From NCBI GenBank assembly GCA_048885525.1, contig JBHLLP010000002.1, positions 1 through 64,000 on the forward strand: 64,000 bases of DNA, given 5' to 3'. This DNA comes from Candidatus Hermodarchaeota archaeon (GTDB taxonomy: Archaea; Asgardarchaeota; Lokiarchaeia; Sigyniarchaeales; SOKP01). A model generated the notes under the pieces. The model was not told the origin of the DNA and ran no database searches. It saw only the letters and a program-made list of their open reading frames with translations. A program made the position numbers and the translations under genes. Position 1 is the first letter of the stretch. Every line of letters starts with the position of its first letter. This document shows positions 59,622 to 64,000 of this stretch, one piece after another.

Positions 59622-60330
59622 AATACTTTAAGTATTCTGTTATTTTTCCCCTCTGTTTATTGATAAATTTTTCATATTCTTTTTCAATTTCTTTAATTTC
59701 TGAATCATCTATAATTTTAGTAACTTTGTTTTGGATAAATGGTGATGCCTTATCTATCAAATTATTAATAGTGTAATCATACGAGATAATCCCTCCTATA
59801 AGTGATATTTTGAAACCTCCTATAAAATCACGTAGATCTTTGTTAATTTCAACAGGATCTTTAAATAAATTTCCAATTTTATCAAAATTTTTGATAAAAT
59901 AATTATAGTCTTTTGAATTAAATAAAATTTCTATGGAATGAGCTTTATCCATGGTATTTTTAACTTCTTCAATAGATTTTAATAAGTAATCAATATATCC
60001 TGAATAATTTTTCTTAATTTTGTTTTCAATAAGAATAAATAAGCTTTTTTTTAACTCCTGAATTAGATTATTCTTTAATCCAAGAAATTTATTTTTTCCT
60101 TCTAAAAGTGTTGATGATAAGGATTGATTTAGAAACTGCTCATAAGTTTCTATAAGATGACTTTTTAATCTTTGAGATCTTTCATTACTTCTTTCTAAAA
60201 ACCTTTTCATAATTTCAGCTTTTTGAAATAAGGTTTTTTGACTTAATTCTTTTATCTCTCTTTGAGCCTTCTCGATAAAGTAATACCCTAATTGACTAAA
60301 TTGTTTCTTTAATTCTTTTTCTTCTGAAAT
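59602..60330 (-). CDS. atpE: A/V-type ATP synthase subunit E; probable ATT start
   Basis: Lies between F and A; coiled-coil N-terminus, C-terminal IGGFKI....ISYDYTI. Frame is open 40 codons upstream of the track ATG. Confidence 0.75.
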   Translation of the reverse strand: MSEEKELKKQFSQLGYYFIEKAQREIKELSQKTLFQKAEIMKRFLERSNERSQRLKSHLIETYEQFLNQSLSSTLLEGKNKFLGLKNNLIQELKKSLFILIENKIKKNYSGYIDYLLKSIEEVKNTMDKAHSIEILFNSKDYNYFIKNFDKIGNLFKDPVEINKDLRDFIGGFKISLIGGIISYDYTINNLIDKASPFIQNKVTKIIDDSEIKEIEKEYEKFINKQRGKITEYLKYYEQIQF

Positions 60331-60331
60331 T

Positions 60332-60667
60332 TTAACTCAACTCATTTTTAAAAACAATATCACCTAAAGCATCTTGAATCTTATTAAAGATAATGTCTCC
60401 TTTCTCAATGTTAGTTTCAAAAATATCTGGTAAAATAAATACAAAGGGCTTTTTATTAGCTTTTTTAAAATCCAATAAAAAGTCAATTATATCATCTCGC
60501 AATGGTATAGATACAAGCAATATACCAATTGATTCTATTTTTATTAAATCTAAGAATTTTTGTAAAAATTCCTCCTCATTTCTAACAACAGTACCTTCTA
60601 TTCCTAAAAGTCCTAATAATATTACTATTTCATCCTCTCCTATGATATGAATTTTTTGAACTTCCAT
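60332..60667 (-). CDS. atpF: A/V-type ATP synthase subunit F
   Basis: IHIIGEDEIVILLGLLGIEG...IGILLV...PFVFILPD. Confidence 0.85.
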   Translation of the reverse strand: MEVQKIHIIGEDEIVILLGLLGIEGTVVRNEEEFLQKFLDLIKIESIGILLVSIPLRDDIIDFLLDFKKANKKPFVFILPDIFETNIEKGDIIFNKIQDALGDIVFKNELS

Positions 60668-60978
60668 TAAAAATCAAGTCCTACTTTTTCTATAATTAGT
60701 TTTTGTAAATTTCCTGAATTTTTTTTAAAATCGATTTCAATTTTTTTAAGTGCATTATCCAAATTTTTTTCATAAACATTAGTTTCTTTGTCTATATCAA
60801 CAGTTAGATTTCCTATGGCCGTCTGTACAAGTACATTTATTTTGGTCAGATATTCTTCAAATTTTTGGTTTTGTTTTTCTCTAAATTCTTCGATCTCTTT
60901 CAAGTTGAGGCTTTTAGCGTCACTTATTAAATTATCATAAACTTTTTCAATATCCTTTACCCATTCAAAAATATCCAT
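60667..60978 (-). CDS. Probable ATP synthase subunit H/G (peripheral stalk)
   Basis: 103-aa charged coiled coil within the operon (VKDIEKVYDNLISDAK). Confidence 0.6.
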   Translation of the reverse strand: MDIFEWVKDIEKVYDNLISDAKSLNLKEIEEFREKQNQKFEEYLTKINVLVQTAIGNLTVDIDKETNVYEKNLDNALKKIEIDFKKNSGNLQKLIIEKVGLDF

Positions 60979-61026
60979 TAATCATCCCGTTTCTTACTCT
61001 TTTTCTTATTCTTTATAATAATGTTA

Positions 61027-62088
61027 TTACAGGATTTTATATTTTTCATTGATAATACTAACTAATTTTGGTAAAATGTATAAACGTATTTCTTTATCTT
61101 TTTTGATTAATATTTCTATAATCTTAAAAATTGTTAGATAATCAATGTCTCCGGTTCTAATCTTAAATTTTCTAAAAAAATAATCTAAATATAAAGTTTC
61201 AACTGACCATATTAAATGATTTTTATCAATTTTAAAATTTGAAAAAAGTGATCTGAGTTCTTTTATTTTACCTAATTTTTGATATAGCACTGAGATAAAA
61301 TCTTCTATATTTGATTGTTCGGTTAAAAATAACAGAATGTTACTGTCAAAGAATAAATATGTGTCAACTAAAAATTGTTGTAACAAATTTCTATCAAAAT
61401 TATTATTAATTCCTCTATAAATTATATTTAAATTATAAATCTCAGAGATATATCTTATATAAAAAGAAATTATTGTTTTTTCTTTTGGTTTTAAATATTT
61501 TATCTCATCTATTAAGGTATTGTAAAATAATTGATCTAAAAAAGCTTCAAGAACAAAAATTTCATTAGTTTTTTTAAAATAAAGAATTCCTTCTCTTATT
61601 ACTCTATTATATTTAGTACGTTTCATAAATAATTGAATTTGATCTAAAGAGGATAATTCAATTAGTTCTCTCATGAACTCTGTATTATTTAAGTACTTTT
61701 CAACTAACATATTTACCATTTGCAGTTTTTCTTGAGTACTCATACCTAAAATTGTACCAAGGATGACATGTTTAATATTCATCACTTCATATTTAGACAG
61801 AAAATTCTTCAGAAAATTCTTCATATTTTCCGGAGAATATGATAAAATTTTACCAATTAATTTTATATATGTATGGAAAAGTGCTCTTTCAATATCTTCT
61901 ATTGTATATGTATTAAAACTAAGACCCGGATAATAAACCTTAATATATTCAATAAACTCATTAATATCAGTAATTTCATCTAACTTTTGAAATGTAGATT
62001 CATCCATTATTAGTTGTTTTAAAAAACCAATCTTAATTAAAGTATATGCGTAGTTGGGGACGGTAACACTCGTAAGAAATTCACTCAT
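61027..62088 (-). CDS. atpC: A/V-type ATP synthase subunit C (d)
   Basis: NYAY..IKI, IERAL, KYEVMNIK, LEAFLDQ, EIYNLNIIYRG; operon context. Confidence 0.85.
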   Translation of the reverse strand: MSEFLTSVTVPNYAYTLIKIGFLKQLIMDESTFQKLDEITDINEFIEYIKVYYPGLSFNTYTIEDIERALFHTYIKLIGKILSYSPENMKNFLKNFLSKYEVMNIKHVILGTILGMSTQEKLQMVNMLVEKYLNNTEFMRELIELSSLDQIQLFMKRTKYNRVIREGILYFKKTNEIFVLEAFLDQLFYNTLIDEIKYLKPKEKTIISFYIRYISEIYNLNIIYRGINNNFDRNLLQQFLVDTYLFFDSNILLFLTEQSNIEDFISVLYQKLGKIKELRSLFSNFKIDKNHLIWSVETLYLDYFFRKFKIRTGDIDYLTIFKIIEILIKKDKEIRLYILPKLVSIINEKYKIL

Positions 62089-62124
62089 TAAGTAATTTTT
62101 ATATATTAGTTAAAAAAGTTATGT

Positions 62125-62493
62125 TTAAGCTGCTGGTGTTGGGATCTTTGTCCAAAGTAAAATTCCAACAATTAAACCATAAAGTGCTAAGGCTTCACAT
62201 AAAGCTACAACTAAAAAGGCTTTAAAAAATGCTTCTTCTCTCTCTGAAAGAGCTGAAATTGCTGCTGTGCCAACTGTTTTCATAGCCAATGCACTTCCAA
62301 TTACAGAAAGACCAACTGCCAACGAAGCACTTATAGCCATTGCTGCGGCAGTTACTGAATTATAGTAATCAAATGTATCAGGGATTTGTGCTGCAACAAA
62401 AGTAATAATTCCATTTGACGTAAAAATTACTAAGAAAATCAATACTACTTGAAATAACCCTAAACACAAATAAAATTTCTGTTTGCCGTTCAT
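62125..62493 (-). CDS. atpK: A/V-type ATP synthase proteolipid subunit K (c)
   Basis: LAVGLSVIGSALAM..VGTAAISALSER...FLVVALCEALALYGLIVGILL. Confidence 0.92.
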   Translation of the reverse strand: MNGKQKFYLCLGLFQVVLIFLVIFTSNGIITFVAAQIPDTFDYYNSVTAAAMAISASLAVGLSVIGSALAMKTVGTAAISALSEREEAFFKAFLVVALCEALALYGLIVGILLWTKIPTPAA

Positions 62494-62648
62494 ATATTTT
62501 ACATCTTAGCTTTAGTTTATATAAATTTCTAATTTAAATGAGAATAATGCAATTTTGCGTATAAATATTCTTATTAATAATAAAAAGAAAGAAGGTTCTA
62601 TTAATGATAAAATAGTGTTGAAGATAGAATTGAAATTATCAATTCTAT

Positions 62649-63284
62649 TTACATATAAAGCAAGACTCGTATTCGGTCAGCAATGTCATGTATCCTATCA
62701 GCTAATTGTTCTAATAAAACAATACTATCTCTTAGCCGCAAGAGTATCCTAATATTCAAATCATCATTTCCATATAAATATTCAAGAAACTGTCTGTATA
62801 TTGCATCAACTTCGTTTTCAATCTCATGGATCTTTGTTGTATTACTAAATACAACATCTGGTTTATCTCTTAAACTTTTTATGGTTGATTTTAATACATT
62901 TGCCATCTCAATAGTCTTATTGATCAATTTCTCATATCTTTTAGTTATCTCTTGGTTTTTTTTAGTATCTATTTTTATCTTAGGCAGCATATCGACGAAC
63001 TCTAAAGGATAGTTGATAACATTATCCATTTGGAGGATTAGAGCCACAAAATCACCTAATCCCGCTCCAGATTCAGAAAAGTTTTGAATTAGTTGGATTT
63101 TTATCCCATCTGCATCTTCTTCAGATAGTTGCATCTTACTTTTTTTCTTTTCAAGTGATGATTTGTGCTTCTCATAATCTTCTACCCATCTGTTATAAAA
63201 AACGCCCATATCACTGAGAACAGAATAAATAATTCGAGAGTGTTCAATAAGCATTGTTATGATTTCTTCCCTAATTTTATTCAT
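62649..63284 (-). CDS. DUF47 / PhoU-like phosphate transport regulator
   Basis: EEDADGIK, MDNV, IHEIENEVDAIYR, LEQLADRIHDIAD. Confidence 0.85.
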   Translation of the reverse strand: MNKIREEIITMLIEHSRIIYSVLSDMGVFYNRWVEDYEKHKSSLEKKKSKMQLSEEDADGIKIQLIQNFSESGAGLGDFVALILQMDNVINYPLEFVDMLPKIKIDTKKNQEITKRYEKLINKTIEMANVLKSTIKSLRDKPDVVFSNTTKIHEIENEVDAIYRQFLEYLYGNDDLNIRILLRLRDSIVLLEQLADRIHDIADRIRVLLYM

Positions 63285-63542
63285 AAAAATTACCTTTTTT
63301 TTAATGATTATAAAGAATTATCTTATTCATGAATATTCAATTTAAATATTTAATTTACTCTTATAAATATAAAAAATTAGATCAATAAAAAATATAGTAT
63401 TCAGAGAAATTTTAATATATTCTAAATTTAATTTATAAATAAATTCTAAAAGTAATGAAATATCTATTTAATAAAACAGTTTTTTTTAGATTTATGGTAT
63501 TTTTGTTTGTTCAAATTTATGAAAAGGTGAAAAAGAAGCTTA

Positions 63543-64000
63543 ATGAACATTAAGGATAAAATAACGCAATGGAGAGAATATTCGAAAATATCTGATTTAG
63601 GAATTATAGCTAGAAGGAAGTTCTTTAATAATGCCTTTGATGGTGCATTAACGTGTGCCGGAATTATAAGTGGAATTTTCATAATATTCTTAGCAGAACC
63701 TTTAACATTTGAAAGCCAAGATGTGCTTATAACTGGATTTGCTACGGCACTAGCTATAGGAATTAGTGGTTTATGGGGTGCATTTCTTTCTGAAGAAGCT
63801 GAACGAAAGAAAAAAGTTATAGATATGAAGAGGGACATGGCGGAGTTTGAAGAAGAATCTGAAAATCTGGAATTGTTACATATAAAGGATAAATATACGA
63901 AAGGAAATAAAAAAAAACCAAGGTCATTACTAGAAAAAGCAGAAAAATACGCCACAATTGTAGCTTCTTTAGTAGATGGTGGAGCACCAGTTTTAGGAAG
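63543..64000 (+). CDS. VIT1/CCC1-family membrane protein (runs off the window; not in ORF track)
   Basis: MNIKDKITQWREYSKISDLGIIARRKFFNNAFDGALTCAGII...ALAIGISGLWGAFLSEEAER; AAGGTGA upstream. Confidence 0.8.
   Translation, partial: MNIKDKITQWREYSKISDLGIIARRKFFNNAFDGALTCAGIISGIFIIFLAEPLTFESQDVLITGFATALAIGISGLWGAFLSEEAERKKKVIDMKRDMAEFEEESENLELLHIKDKYTKGNKKKPRSLLEKAEKYATIVASLVDGGAPVLG

Noticed and set aside
5531-62752. Many short track ORFs (e.g. 5531-5725, 8164-8385, 12865-13131, 13190-13417, 16858-17052, 17194-17507, 22572-22775, 29608-29910, 41800-42153, 54008-54445, 57751-58104, 62555-62752)
   Set aside because: They overlap well-supported genes on the opposite strand or in another frame, or are low-complexity AT-rich ORFs with no motifs.
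63464-63955. 163-aa minus-strand ORF in the track
   Set aside because: Antisense shadow of the plus-strand VIT1/CCC1-like gene starting at 63543.
1-64000. CRISPR arrays, rRNA/tRNA genes, transposases, integrases and inteins (checked RadA and both AtpA)
   Set aside because: No regularly spaced repeats, GC-rich structural RNA blocks or mobile-element motifs were seen. RadA and both AtpA proteins are normal length.

Overview
Very AT-rich archaeal chromosome segment, most likely Asgard (Lokiarchaeia/Promethearchaeia-like). This is inferred from two Arf/Rag-like small GTPases with longin- or roadblock-like domains, a vWA-RING protein, V4R, RadA, EndA, an A/V-type ATP synthase and an archaeal CODH alpha subunit. 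It encodes dispersed alpha-glucan genes (two GH57 enzymes, a maltokinase-like kinase, an NDP-sugar pyrophosphorylase, GalT-like and degenerate PGM-like proteins), a putative hexuronide-use set (uxaE, MFS, GH4 with a CHEL motif, epimerase, oxidoreductase, esterase), three tandem OsmC paralogs, and an ATP synthase operon (K-C-H-F-E-A-B-D-I-orf-A2) whose second A subunit has an altered catalytic motif. Main discovery: cdhA is interrupted by a 31-nt insertion (17126-17156) that folds into a bulge-helix-bulge (BHB) motif. The canonical EndA cut sites fall exactly on the boundaries that restore the frame and the conserved CDMCCLCTYGKC Fe-S motif, making it a candidate tRNA-type intron in a metabolic mRNA. 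The EndA in the window carries a loop like the one linked to relaxed BHB recognition. Second discovery: several genes, including atpD and atpE, appear to need ATA/ATT/ATC start codons, each followed by a Ser codon. No rRNA, tRNA, CRISPR array or transposase was recognised. All calls are by-eye motif recognition; no searches or folding programs were run.
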